Shown here: one piece after another, positions 35,930 through 50,123 of the stretch
How positions within the stretch are numbered: the first letter of the stretch is position 1
Layout: every line of letters starts with the position of its first letter
Assembly (NCBI GenBank): GCA_000320545.1
Contig: ADNK01000595.1
Location: forward strand, 1 to 51,460
DNA length: 51,460 nucleotides
Source of the DNA: Bigelowiella natans CCMP2755
Lineage: Eukaryota; Protista; Cercozoa
Direction of reading: 5' to 3'
Notes under the pieces: generated by a model
Told to the model about the DNA's origin: nothing
The model's input: only the letters and a program-made list of their open reading frames with translations
Databases searched by the model: none
Translations under genes and position numbers: made by a program

Positions 35930-36500
35930 GCATGCCTAGATATACACTAGCTAGCTTGCTCTCTTAAAGATGCAGACGAACTTATCATGGAAATGCAGCT
36001 AGATGCTGTGTAGCTATGCGCGTATAGCTAGATAGCTAGATAGCATCGCTAAATCGTGCAAGCTCAACCCTCTCTAACTCTGCCTCTGGAGGCATACTAG
36101 CACACATCTATCTAGTTAGCCACAGCGCGTGTGTGGCTCGGCTCTATAGTCGTCTTAGCTAGCTAGCTAGCTAGCTCTGGCGATGCATAGCCACGCCATG
36201 CTAGCGAGCGATCGGCGCATTCTAGCCATAACTGTGTCTGTAGTGCTGCTAGCTAGCTAGCTAACTGCGTTAGGGTCTAGGGGTGCACACATCTTAATCT
36301 ATAGAGGAATCTTAGCTACACTAGCACATCGTATTTTTTTTAACGTACAAAAACAATGTATAACAAAAATTGCTGAGGTCGAGAGTTCAATACCTAGTAG
36401 TCTACCAGTCTAGCAGTGCATCGTCTCTTACACGTTCCCAAGCATGCTAGGATGGCTAGCTCGCGCTAGCGCGGTGCATGTGCTCGCATCGCATTTTGCT
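35930..36500. repeat. (TAGC)n / CTAG-rich low-complexity intergenic tract
   Basis: Runs such as TAGCTAGCTAGCTAGCTAGC (~36156-36175) and GCTAGCTAGCTAGCTA (~36248-36263), plus many isolated CTAG, between convergent genes. Confidence 0.8.
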
Positions 36501-36806
36501 GCATGTACCTTGTTACCTTGGCCGCGTTTCGTTCTTCAGATAGATAGTTGTGTGTGCATGTATAGCATGTTACATTTGTGCGCTAACGCGCGCGCGCACT
36601 CACACAGACACACACCATGCTAGCATGCGACAATATCTAAATAAAGATGTGGCCGATAATCTTCTAAATATTTGACATTTGTTTCATAGTAAAGCGAGCA
36701 TTCAACAATTTTGTAGCTATTCGTAAGAGGGATGATACTCCCTGAGAAGGAGGAACTACACTGAGCAGCAAAAAATACCTCCGTAATTGCAAACACTTCT
36801 TAAAGT

Positions 36807-36849
<43 letters not shown>

Positions 36850-37568
36850 AACTGGTGCAATCAAGTAATGATGGCGCTAATGTAATGCTACTCGCTTCTA
36901 AAATTAATTAATACTACTCTAAGAAGAGAACAGAGTGTGTTCGTCTCTGCCCCGATGGGGGATAATCTATACTGAAAATATGGAGAAGTGGTGGTGGTGC
37001 TTGTAGCATAATAGTACTACTGTATGTGCGTAGTAACTGTGTGGAAGTAGGAATCTCTAACGAGCAACGCCACCCGGGGATTGCATTCATCCACGGGAAG
37101 GCGAACATCGGCGAAAGTACCTTTTCTTTTCTCATGATAAACCTTCGACAAAGTTAGGAGGAAAAAAAAACGACGCCGCAACTAGACGTTGCTATGGTAT
37201 ATCACCTACTCACACAGGATAGGGAGAGCGAACAGAGGGTGTAGGTTTCTACGATGATCACTCCAGGAGATCACCCTCTTTCTTTCTCGCCATAATATAC
37301 ACACACACTTACACACAAAAGGTAATATATACTTAATCTAATAAGGTTGATGATCAGAGCAAGGCGTTACTGCCTCATGTCCCTTCTCTCCATCCTCAAT
37401 ATTATCGTCAAAATTCGAACGATATTTTATAATTTCTGCCATAAATCGTCGACGATGATGAGCTGCTTTTCCCGAGGCCACTCCGCTGTTTTACTATCCG
37501 GTGATGTTTGAACATGCAGTGAGAGCTTCACTGCCGCGCCCGCCAGTATCATTCATTCATTCACTCAC

Positions 37569-38198
37569 TCACTTCTGTGGAGGCAAGAGCTGGGTCATGA
37601 GCTGCCTGCGGTCGTCTGTTCGGAGTTGTTGTTGTTGCTGCTGCTGCTGCTGCTGTTGACTCCGCACCACTGCGGGCGTGGTTGCAGCAGCAGCATTAGT
37701 AGCTACTGCTGTTGCTGCCGCGGCCTCAAATTGCGCGAGAACAGCCTGGGAGGAACCGGAGGACGACGTTGTGGACGTAGTGGTGATGCTACTGCCCCCA
37801 CTGTTGTTCCCGCTGCTGCCGCTACGTCTGCTACTGGTGGCACTACTTACAACGCTGGCCACGTGCACTTTCTCCTTGTGGAGCTCCGAGATGTGCTTAA
37901 TGACCTGTTTGGGGTAGAAGAACCCACGGAGGCAGTAGCAGCATCGGTACGGCCGCTTTCCGGTGTGAAGTAGCTCGTGGCGCTTAATGTTGGTTCGGTC
38001 CGCAAACGACTTGTCGCACCCAGGGAACTTACACACGTACGGGCGTTTCCCCGTGTGCACGCGGACATGTCGTGTCAGGGTCGATTTCTCGGCGAAGCTC
38101 TTACCGCAATTGTACTAAAAGAGTAAGTAAAACATTGGGTTAGGTCAACGACATTTTGATGGTACTTGATTCAAAATTGTAGTGTAAGCGGAAGCTCG

Positions 38199-38265
<67 letters not shown>

Positions 38266-41200
38266 GCATATCAATTCAGCTCCGTACCGGACAAGCGAAG
38301 GGTCTCTCCCCGGTGTGCTTCTTCATGTGTCGCTTGAGCGAGAACCGCGTGCTGAATGCAACATTACACCCCTCAAAGGTGCAGGGGAAGCTCTTGGAGC
38401 TTTTCCCGCTTCCTCTAGAGGACCCACTCCCACTTTTCCGGTTGATCTTCACTGCAGGCACTGCTTGGATGGGAGCGCCGATGAGTCGAGCAGACGTCTG
38501 AGCCAACACAGGGACGACAGGAATTCGGGCAGGAGTAGCAGCGGTGAGGTGCTGGGCAGGGATGCTATGAGGGGGCGGGGCAGCACCATGGCCAAGATGG
38601 TGGAGTCCAGGAGGGAGGGAACCGGGGGGGGCTACTGCAGCAACCATGTGATGTGGGGGTCGTCTGATCGTAGTCGCCATCGTGGGTACCATGATATGCT
38701 GCTGCTGCTGCTGTTGTGGGGTTCTGCTGTGCATGGGAGAGGAGGTGGTAGTAGCGTACGGGACTGGCCCTGGCTGGCGGCCAGCAATCTGGGAGTGATG
38801 AGGGTGGTGCTGTTGTTGGGGGGGGGCAACGGGAGGTGGTGGCGCCTGTTGTTGCTGCTGCTGGGGATGATAAGGATGAATTGTGGGCCCATTGTGTATT
38901 TGTTGTTGATTTGCTGGGGAACCGCGAGGATAAATATTTGCTGGAGTGGCTAGGGCAGGATTGATGGAATTTCCCTGTGATGAGGTCGTAGTGCCAGTTG
39001 AGCTATCGCCTAAACTAATGCTTTGCTGCTGTTGCTGCTGCTGGTGATAAGGATGAGGATGCACACCCGATTCAAGGAAGTAGCGGCCATTCGGGTGAGA
39101 GATCATGCTGCCGTTGGTCATCGAGTAAGATGAAGGGTTTGATAAAGAGGAAGCGGATGTTGCGTAGTGTGCATTACTGCTGCTGCTGTTGCTACCCATC
39201 ATCATAGGTCGTTGCATTCCATGTTGCTGATGCTGCTGCTGCTGCTGGTGTTGCTGGATCATTACTTCGTGCTCCATCAGGGATTGATCAGGATGAATTG
39301 GCGGCTGCTGGTGCTGACGAGACTGAGCCAACAGGCTCTTGCTGCTCGCTACCCTTCTTCCTCCTGGTCCTACCATGTGAAGATGATGGTCGCTGCTGCC
39401 GATTTGTCGGGGCTGGAGTTGATGCAGTTGCTGCTGTCCTAGTTGCGCAGACGAATCATAGGACGATTGGTCCCTTCCAGTGGTTCTATTCGAAGTATCT
39501 GAGGTGGAATCTGAGGATGAAGAAGCGGAGGTCGTAGCAACGGGGAGCTGATTGAGGCGTTCCAAGTTATTGATCCCCCTACGTATGTGCTTTCCACGGA
39601 CGGGGGGCGTCATGCTAGACCGAATCTTCCTAGGGGGCACAAGGTGATTCCGTGGCAATTCGCCGCTGCTACCGCTACCGCTCTCTTCCGAGTCCATCAC
39701 TGAGGTGGAGGACGATGAATCACCTATCCGCCGGCGTTTCTGTGGTTGCGGGGTACGGGACTTCCGGTTCTCCTCCTTTTCCGCCTCTCGCTCCTTCTTA
39801 GTTTCATTGCGGTCAAATATTTCGGATGCATATGCGAGAGATAGAAGCAGGTCGCTATTGCGCTTGTCCTCGACATTTTTTTTCTTCTTCTTCTTCTTTG
39901 TCTTGGACGTACCGGCACTGCTGACAGCGCCTGTGGAGAAGCTTGTACTGCCACTGCGGTGTTTATTGTCTTCCGATCTTGCTCGTTTAGAACGAGACTT
40001 TCTTCGCCTTGATTTAGAGCTATTAGGATCCTCTTTCTCAATTTGGTCATGCTTCTCCCTTTTTGTACGACTATCTGACTTGGACTTTTTGCGCTTCCCA
40101 GAAGATCCCTGTGGGAATTCACCTCCTTCCCTCTGTTTTTCGTCATCAGCAGTACGAGCAGCACGACCCTTCTGGTTTGATCGTTGCTGTTTGATACCAT
40201 CTCTATCACTTATACTGTTACTACTGCTGCTACTGTTTGCGTTGTGATGGCTACGGCGGTCTACTTTAAAGGGTTGTTTCTGATGCCTATGAAATTGACC
40301 ATCAAGCTCCTGGTTGTTGCTGCGTTTTTGTGAGACTAAGCTAATACTAGCTGTTTCGTTAGTGATATGACGAGGAAGGGGGGGTGGAGGAGCCCCCTCA
40401 AAGCTTTGTTGAGGGACCGCTGCTCTTGCCTGGTCCCGAATATTCGACCCCAAGTATGCTTCGCCCTGTAGGTGCGATTTTGTCTCATAAGGTGCGGTCA
40501 ATTTCGATCTATCGGTGTCCTTGCCATAATAACCTTTTATACCAGAACCCTCATTGTGATAGATTCCCCTTCTGCCTGCTTCCATGAAGGGGGGAGCACC
40601 ATGAGGGGCGCTAACTTCCTCATAATAAGTATTCACCGCTTCGACCGGCCTGGATCTGTGATAGCCATTTCTCTGCGTAACTATTTGGTTGTCTTTGTGA
40701 ATAGGCCCTCCTTGGTAGTCATGCTGTGGACGATGATATCCGTTAACCTTGTATGGAGACTCAAGTTCACGTGCCTTAGAAATCGCTATATTACCTATCA
40801 CACAATCAAATTAACGAATCGATATGGGCTGGTGCACACGCACACCTACTTTGCTCCATATATGCATATGTACACACACACACACACAATATATAAATAT
40901 TTATATAATAGAAGGCGGGTTGTGCATGGATGTATGTGAAGTATCTACCCATGCTGCTTTGTTGCGGTCTCTGCATTTCTTTATTGTGGCCATTGTACAT
41001 AGGAGCCACAGCAGATGCCTCGCCACTTCCAATATAATACCGATAATTGTGTGGATCTCCAGGCGATCGTTTTTCCTTTGTTAGCATTGAGCCCAATACT
41101 GTTCTTTCATTAATGGGCAATCCTTGCATCACTGGACCATTTTGCCGAGGGTGAGGTCCTTTCTGAGACTCCCTAAAAGGTATTTCTCTGGCGGGATAGG

Positions 41201-41351
41201 CTGAGCGGGAAGCTCTAGCACCTTCTTTTTGCACTGATTGACTAGAGCCACGCTCCGAAATTGGTTGTTGAGAGCTGTCCCATTCACTGTAATGTTCGCC
41301 CCCGTTACCGCTCCTTCCCCTGCGCCTACCCCCATTCATTAGAGCAGCCAT
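37569..41351 (-). CDS. C2H2 zinc-finger transcription factor (4 fingers, long Q/S/H/P-rich disordered N-terminus)
   Basis: Exons ~41351-40949, ~40794-38288 and 38114-37569. Fingers: [113 protein letters not shown]. A poly-Lys NLS-like tract is present. Confidence 0.93.
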
Positions 41352-42877
41352 ACCGCCTGCGATGCAATCGTCTTTTTTGCAGTCTTATTTAGTCCTATTA
41401 TTGCAAATGTTAAGTATTTATAGCATTGATTTATTTTTGTCTTATAACGATGAAGAAAATGAGAGATATGTATTTATGATACTTACAATTCCATCTTTCT
41501 TTCGGCAAATGGATGGTGACAAACAAGTTTGCACAAATTATTCAAGTCGTACTAACATTTTTTTTTTAACCTTATGATTTTAGTTTCTTTGATTGTAATA
41601 ACCTAGTGAAAACAATCATTTGTTACATTAGACCTGTCATTTTTTTTATAAATTAATTGCCCGTGACGTAAAGAAACAGTACACAAAGGGATCATAGATT
41701 GGCACTCTACACAAAGTTCATCTGTTCCTCGTACGAGGGAAGGGGGGGGGACAGATCGTGGAGCCACCTTTTCAAAGTGTCCTGAGGTTTTGCGAGCGTT
41801 GTGGCCAGCTCCTCTCTCTTTAACTTTATCTCCTTTATTGCTGCTGTGAGAGAGATCACAAACAGCCCGTTTTACTGGTCAGAATAGCCGATCCACCAAT
41901 AATCAAGATTTTCATGGCAAATTAGAGTATTTATGATATTATGCTGATGTCGTAGGGTAAAAATGTACACTGTAATCCAGTCACATTCACTCAACTGTAA
42001 CTTCATAATTTTTAAGGGAATTTAAGGAATAATCATATGCCTCAGATTTGTCGAATCTACATGTACCAACAAAGATCGCTTATTGCATAATATTGCGAAT
42101 AAGAGACATACTTTGTTTGAAGGCGTATGCTAAAATTACACACTTTCCACCATGCATGCCTGAAATGAAACATCTGACACCGGTGTGAATGCGAATTTAT
42201 TCATTATTGCCGTGGTACTACAGTGATTTGGGAAACCTCGCTCCGTTGCATGGTGTATTTTGGGTGTATTAATGTCAAATTTGGACCGCATAGATTCTCT
42301 TAGTAGTGGCTCAGGATTTTGTACCCGGACATTCGGCCCATTTTACAGGAAAGACCCGTTTACTTGATTAGGTATGATGGTGCCACTGTGGCCTGTGAAA
42401 CAAATGATGTGAAAAGGGTACACTTCCTTCACATCGGATTTCCCAGCAGTTTTTATTATTTTCTTTGCTTTTAACCTAAGATGTCCTAGAAAAGCATCTT
42501 TTTATGGAGGACTTGCAAACTGTTGTGCATGAGAGTACCTGTAGATTTCCAGAAATTACCTCATACACGAGATCAAGCGGAGCATTAATCATCACAAAAT
42601 GGCCTTTCTATGAGCTCCGTAGCCATGCACATTGGCATGTTATTGACGGTGTATTCCCTGTAATCCCGTCGGAGATTTTTGGGCGAAAATCGGACAGTCT
42701 CTCATACGCAAGAAATCACATTCAACCTACACGAGCAGCTTTCTTGCAAATTGATTTGAAGAAAATGAAATATCGAACTGCGAAAGAAGACTACGTCTTC
42801 AAAAATGTGGGAATTTATTGGTCAAAGCTCAACATAATATTGCGCTCAAAAATTTCAGCGTCTGAATACTTCTCGGA

Positions 42878-43429
42878 ATGCTCAGCTCCACCCGCAGGTC
42901 AACCACACAGGAGTCTGGGGTTGGTGTGCCAATGACGGGTGGGAGGTGGCCGCACTAGCGATCGTGAATTCATTCAGATTTAATTTGTAGGCTCTTTTCA
43001 CGCGTTCCTAAAGGGATCAAAGGTTGTGCTTGCTCAAGCTTGTCCTCGTCAAATCCGCCACTACGACACACGTGACACTCAACACATGCTATTGTTTTCA
43101 AACTTCCAATGCCAGGAAGTTGGGAAACTTTAGTACTTTGATTCATAATATCCAAAGAGATACATAATGCCTTCTGCTCTTATCAGCGCTGAAGAAAAGC
43201 GCTCCGGCGACTACATACTCCACCAGTCCGTATGGGCATGCGCTTTATGGGGGGTACGTTGAACATCGAATTAATAGGTAGGAATTGTTATTGGTATAAT
43301 TCTCTTACTTTTACGCTTCCTCCATCTAGACCTGGTGGTGACCAGAAATGGCGAGCAACTACGATATTAACGATCCGGAAGGATGGTGAAGTGGTGATAT
43401 CCATTTTTACGTTAGCGGCACGGGGGAAG

Positions 43430-43475
<46 letters not shown>

Positions 43476-43944
43476 TCCTTTCTGCATCCCTCACTTCTGG
43501 ACTCTCATTGAGGTTGTTGTTTATAATCCGTTAAAGTTTGTGGTTGGAGATGGCCAAGTGTCATTCGGTGATATGCGCCTGAAGCCAAATGCTAAGAAGG
43601 TGCGAGTCATTGATAGCGGACGAGTTATAACGGGATTTGCAGGTACATTTACGGTGTCGTTTCCTAGCATACCGTACTACAACACAGTGTACATGATCAT
43701 ACAAGGAGCTATGCTCTCTATATCTCTCTCTCTCTTTCTTTCCTTCTCTCTGTTGACGTTTGTGTCTGTGCGCGCGTGTGTGTGAGAGTGTGTGTGTACA
43801 GATGGGGATTTTGATGCTAATTTTAATGATCGATGATGATGTCAATAGGCGCCACTGCGGATTGCCTGACATTAATGGAGCGACTCGAGACACGCCTAGA
43901 GCAGCGCCCTGGTATAAACACGTGCACACACATACACACCACAT

Positions 43945-43990
<46 letters not shown>

Positions 43991-45589
43991 TCCTCCTTCT
44001 CTTCGATGATGATAACGTATCCGTTCCAATTTCCGAAGCATAGCTCTCAGAGTGGCTGCAATAAAATTGTTGGGGACAAAAGTATATCTCTATTCCGAGC
44101 CCTCTGAGAAGAGAAGGAGAGAAACGAACAGGGGATGGGGGGAAGAGAAGTGGTGAAAACATATGCATATTCTATGTTGTTCTTATTTTCCCCTCGGTGT
44201 CCTTCCGGACGATGACCCGGCAGTCAGCCTGTCACTTTACACCCACAACATTATATTTACATGTGTAAGCAACATAAATTGACGATAATTCGTCTCCTCT
44301 TCCAGGCCAATTGATGCGCGCGTGCGTAGAGATGGCGAAGGGGTGGCGCACGGATAAATACCTACGACATCTCTCGGTCCCCCCCCTCCTACCCCCCCAC
44401 TCTCCTCTTTCTTCTCCTTTCTAAATTTCATCCCCCACCGTTTCGGATTTCCCGGGCGTGATATCGTTGCGTTTTCGGGTGAATTGCGGTGGGAAAGTAA
44501 CGAATCGGTTTATTTGGGCGCGAGTTGTCGAGTTCTCTACGACCTCGTGCTTGAACGCCGGTGCGATATCAAACAAGATGGATCTGATGATAAATGGTCA
44601 TTGGTGGTTGCTGCTTGACACATCTCCCACTCGCAACCTCCCCCCCCCCCCCCCCCCCCAATTTCCCGGTTGTTTCTCCCCTCTCTCCAACAATGTCCCC
44701 ACCACCACTAGCACGTTGCTTACGATTTATCGTCACATCATCATCATCTTTAATAGGCGATGCTGGTGGTCGTCGATAAGGATGTGTCTTTGACCCTCAC
44801 GGGTAACGGTGATGTAGTGGAACCTCACGACGGCGTTATAGGTGAGGATGATCATGATAATTATGATAATGACGATAGTGGTGGTGGGTGGTGGGTGGTG
44901 CGGAGCGTTGCGGGAATTCCTCGACTTATCCTTATCCCCTCACCTCATTTTCACTGCTGCTTCCTCCCCCCCCCCCCCTCTTCTTTCTTTCCCCTTATCT
45001 CAGGTATTGGGTCTGGCGGCCCTTACGCAGTGGCAGCAGCAAGAGCCCTTATGGACACGGATCTGTCCGCGGTAGTAGAAATAGCGGGGAAGTAGAATTT
45101 AATGGGGAGTGGGGAGAAGAAGAGGAAGAAGGAGAAGAAGAAGAGAGAGGAGGCTAGGAAGGATGGATTGATTGGGTGATGATGGCTCATCTTCCCAATA
45201 TGAGAAAAACAGTCAATTTCATGCTATCGCTCGTTTGCGTTTGCTCCTCTTGTTCACCCCTTGTCTCCTCCCGTTATTCCTCCTCATCGATGCCCTGTTG
45301 TACTTGCTACTCTTCCACACGACGTAGAAAGAGGTAGCAGTGAAGGCCATGACCATTGCCGCGGATATGTGCGTCTACACGAACCACGAGTTCGTGATCG
45401 AAGGGGTGGGTTTGCTTTACGCCTGTATACTTGTGTGTTTTGTGTGTGCGTGTTTTGTGTGTGTGTGGGAGGGGAGGGGGGTCTATTATGGGCGAGTATG
45501 ATGATCACATGATGACCTCTTGCGTTTTTTTTCAATTCTTACTTTCCCCCGGTTTAAATTCGATGACGGACACACAGCTGTGCGCCTCC

Positions 45590-45628
<39 letters not shown>

Positions 45629-45744
45629 CACGCACGCACGCACACGCACGCACACGCACACACACACACTTACTTCACGACCCCTTACCGCAGTTCACGA
45701 AGGAGGACATCGAGCAGGGGAGCAAAGGGGCGGAGAGTAAGTAA
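42878..45744 (+). CDS. hslV: Mitochondrial ATP-dependent protease subunit HslV (ClpQ), multi-exon
   Basis: Spliced translation: [21 protein letters not shown] (transit-peptide-like)...KWRA|[35 protein letters not shown]...[20 protein letters not shown]...[18 protein letters not shown]...[31 protein letters not shown]...[19 protein letters not shown]. Confidence 0.95.
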
Positions 45745-46531
45745 GTAGTGATGATACCTGGGGGGCCTGTGTCGGGTAGTAAGATTGCAACTCCTCGAAT
45801 GGATAACTCTACTTGTATGCATGCATGCAGCCTCACAGAGTGGAACATATGCTGCTAACAAGCTTGGAGTGTACACCATCTGCCGTACAAATAGCTGCTG
45901 GCATGGTTGTCCGTTCTTGTTGATAGGCTCGTTATTGCGCCCTGCTATCGTATCGCTAGCTAGCTACTTGCCGCTTGATGATGGTGCCCCTAGCTAGCTT
46001 GCAGTGATGACACCTTGATGTGGAGAATACGTGTACCGTGTACACGGTTACATGCTAGCATGCTATACATGGCACTCGCTTGCATACGAATTTGCTGCTG
46101 GCACCCGCTAGCCCGCACGCACACACACACACACACACACACACCACCTAGACACTCCTGCCAACTCGGATGGCAGCAGCGTCGGGCTATGAACGCGCCT
46201 ATACATGCACTAGCTAGCTAGCTAGTCGGCAAGCTAGCAAGGCACGTACAGGCTGTGTGCCAAGCAGCGACGCACAGCTAGACAGGCAATTATTAGCAAC
46301 ACTACAGCGTTGTTAGCATTCTAGCATTGCTAGATCGCACAATAACAGTGATGCATTCATGCATGATGGCATCAATATCTTTCACTCATTTGCATGCAAT
46401 TGCGACGACGCTTGTCTATCTTCAGGCAAAGTAGCACACATTTCCGCGACCCGCGCTAGCTATAGCGCGCAGTATGTGCATATGCTTCGTTGTGCTATTG
46501 GCCGATTTATTGAGCTGCATCGCATCTTGTT

Positions 46532-46763
46532 TCAGGTCGCTGGAGTTGAAGACCTCAGATCCCTAGCACAAAAGTACACATCACACGGTAAGAATCGTCA
46601 CCATGCGCATGCTCGCATGCAATTGGCTTCGTCTCGAGTGTTGTTGTCTGCTTACGTCAATCTCCATTGGGCTTGTTCATTTCCATTCTCCGCCGCCCGC
46701 TCATACCAGGCAATGGCTTCCTTTATATTCTGGAATTGCCACCGAAGAATATGGAAAATATTA

Positions 46764-46826
<63 letters not shown>

Positions 46827-48091
46827 TTGATATGTGATAAAAAACGGAGAATCATGATGATGAGTGTCAGGAAATAAGGAGCGAATGCCTATATGAGCCT
46901 TATTGGTGAGATAGACATCTATGTAGGGACCTGTGCAACTCCGATGCCCTTGTCATAGCATGCGCCCAGACAGTACTGTGCGTGTTGTTTGCGTTTTTTG
47001 TGTGCGGCGCGTGTGTACGTGTATTGAGCAGTGGGCAAGGGTGGGGGAAAAGGGGGAAGGCATGGCGATATGATATTCCTTGAGCTATGCTAGAATTGGA
47101 TGAGGATTGCACAGGGATGTGTGCGCAGAGGAGGAGAAGGAGGAGGAAGAGGAGGAGGAGGAGGAGGAGGAGGAGCTCGTGCGTAAGTAGATTGTTCAAC
47201 GTCACGATGACAATGATGATGATTACGATGATGATGATGATGATGATGATGATGGTGATGGTGGTGGCGGCGGATAAAGTTATCATGATGATTTATGTCT
47301 CCAAAAAAGTAGGGTCGGCAAGAGATGTTACCTGCGAGAGCGTCTGACCGTTCTCAGCGGCCTGTAGCCACAGTTCCTGCACCACCATAATCATCATTAT
47401 CATCGTTGTGTCGCCCTCATCATCGTCGTCATCATTATCATCATCATCCATCATCATCATCATCATGGGCCTCACGTATGCTGTGGAGGTGTCCTTCTCG
47501 ACTCCAGCGCCATTAGCATAGCAGAGGGCAAGGTAGTACTGGATGGCGCGCGTAGATTAATGAATGGGGGCAGAAGAAGAAGAAGATAAAGAGGATGAAG
47601 AGGAAGAAGAAGATGATGATTATGAAGAACAGCACTGAACAACGACTTGCGAAAACAGCACTTTTTCACGCAATTTTTGATTTAGAAAGAGAATGCAGAG
47701 AGGAAGAGGGAGAGGGAGAGGGAGATTGAGAGGGAGAGGGATCTAATATCGTGCTTCGATTGTCTCACAACCACACACGGCATTGATTCTCGTCTCACCT
47801 GGGCGTCCGGGGAGTTCTTTGCGGCTGCTAGTTTGAACCTACGAAGGCATGGAATATATCTTCTATCATGCCTGATGATGGTGATGACGATGATGATGAT
47901 GATGATGACGCTGATGACCAGCCAACGCTACGCTACTTCGGATTATAGTGTCGCTGCAGCGTATTATACGCCGATTTGTCCAACAACACCGAGCAGCACG
48001 TTGCCTACCACTTGACGGCTTGTGTGTAGTCCTGATTGGTGCCTTTGCCGTTCGCATAGAAAGCACCCAAAAAAAACTGGGCATCTACATG

Positions 48092-48124
<33 letters not shown>

Positions 48125-48450
48125 TGTTTTGCAGGGTTAGGAAGGAAGGCGGCGGGGGGAGGGGGGGGGGGGTGAGAAGGAGAAAGAGCAAGAGAAAAGC
48201 CCCCCACGTCGGCATATCCACTTACGAGCTTTCTTGTGCGGTGTGTGAAAGTATTTGTGAGCTCTCTTAAAAGAAAGATTAGCTGCATGTGGTGTTCTCT
48301 ATCTAGCAGCGGTGCCGTTACAATGATTCGTTATATGTGCTGATGATCTCCTCACCTGTGAGTCCGCCGTTCGCTGCCCGGGTGGCTAATTCAACCGCCT
48401 CCTGCCCATTTTTTGCGATCGATATGGTCAAGATGCAAAATCCGTCTACC

Positions 48451-48487
<37 letters not shown>

Positions 48488-48895
48488 GGAAAGCTGGCAT
48501 AGATAGACAGATTGAATGATCTGACTTGGAAGTAGTACTTGTGTGTGCATGTGTGTGCATGTGTGTGTGTGCATGTGCATGTGTGTGTGTGTTTTCACAT
48601 GTAGACAGGAAATATAGGAACAGGAAAAAAAAACACACACACACACGCACGCGCGCGCGCGCGCACATTCAAAGCGTAGCACAACCACGCAGACCGCACA
48701 CATCCTCTTCCTCCTCCTCCTCCTCCTCCTCCACCACCACCACCTCCACACACACACACCGCAAGCAACCACGTGACCACCGATTGACCGACCGACCGAC
48801 CTCGTTGAGTCCTTGCCGCTCCCGCTCCTTCGCCATCTTATACCAATTCTCAAGTTCCTTTGGTAGCATTAGGTCGTAGCAGCAGCAGGTGATGT

Positions 48896-48926
<31 letters not shown>

Positions 48927-49144
48927 TGTTGTAGTAGTAGCGACGCACAACGACGGGAGGAGTTAGAAGAGACATAACCATGAGCGCTACTCTTCACTGC
49001 TACTACTACTATTACTACTACTACTACTACTACTACTTCAACGACTACAATAAGGTTGTTCTCACCGCCTCTCTAGCAGCCTTTAGCTCTTGAGTTCCTC
49101 GTTCCATACCCTCCCGCTTTGAGAAGGTGAGCGCCAGCACATCT

Positions 49145-49181
<37 letters not shown>

Positions 49182-49663
49182 GAGGTAGAGGGAGGAGAGA
49201 GAGAACGCTCAATCTTCCACAAAATCCTTCACGTCGAAGGCGAATAATGGCAGATGGGCAACGACATTCTTAACAGCATCATTGCATTGAATATCGCCTC
49301 CCCCCCCCCCAATTCCCTCTGTACACAACACTGTACCAACGATTTGATTATAAAAGCATCAGCATTTCTCCTAATTCATAAATAAAGAGAATAAGAACCC
49401 TCTTCCTGCTTCTTGAGAACAGCAGCTGCTATCTTCTCTGTATCTTCCACTGCTGCTGTAGCTGGTGGGGAGGCGTTCTGCTTTGCTTGCGCTCCTCCTT
49501 CCTCCTCATCCTGGAATATACGTCGACACACATAAGCACACACACACACACACACACGCACATTCACGCAAATTCACGCACTCACATACACCTGTATACA
49601 CACGCTTGCAAGAAAGAACGCAGAGAGCGCTCATAGGATTCCACGCAAATACAAATATACAAG

Positions 49664-49703
<40 letters not shown>

Positions 49704-50071
49704 CTCATCATCCATGTGATGCTACCAATATCTCCTTTTGTTCCACTGCTTCTTCTGTGATCGGAGGAGACGTTTCCCTCGCTCCTGCTGCCTCTCTCTC
49801 TTCTCCTTCTCCTCCACTTCTTGCCTCCTCCTCCTCGTCCTCCTCGTCGTTGCCCCCTCCTCCTCCTCCTCCTCCTTCTCCCTCAGTTGCGACATGAGAA
49901 ACCTGCGCGCCATTGCCTTCTTCTGCCCCTGGTCCCTGTTGTTGTTCTTGCTGCTGCTGCTGCTGCTCCTCCTCCTCCTCCTCTTGCTCAGCTTGCAGTC
50001 GGGCGATTTCCTCATCATACTGAACCAAGAGGATGGAGTGAGATGGTACTGCTGTTTGTTGATAACCCCGA

Positions 50072-50123
<52 letters not shown>

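Noticed and set aside
42504-42935. 143-aa plus-strand ORF upstream of hslV
   Set aside because: No recognisable motif, and it overlaps the inferred first hslV exon in another frame. Probably promoter or UTR sequence.
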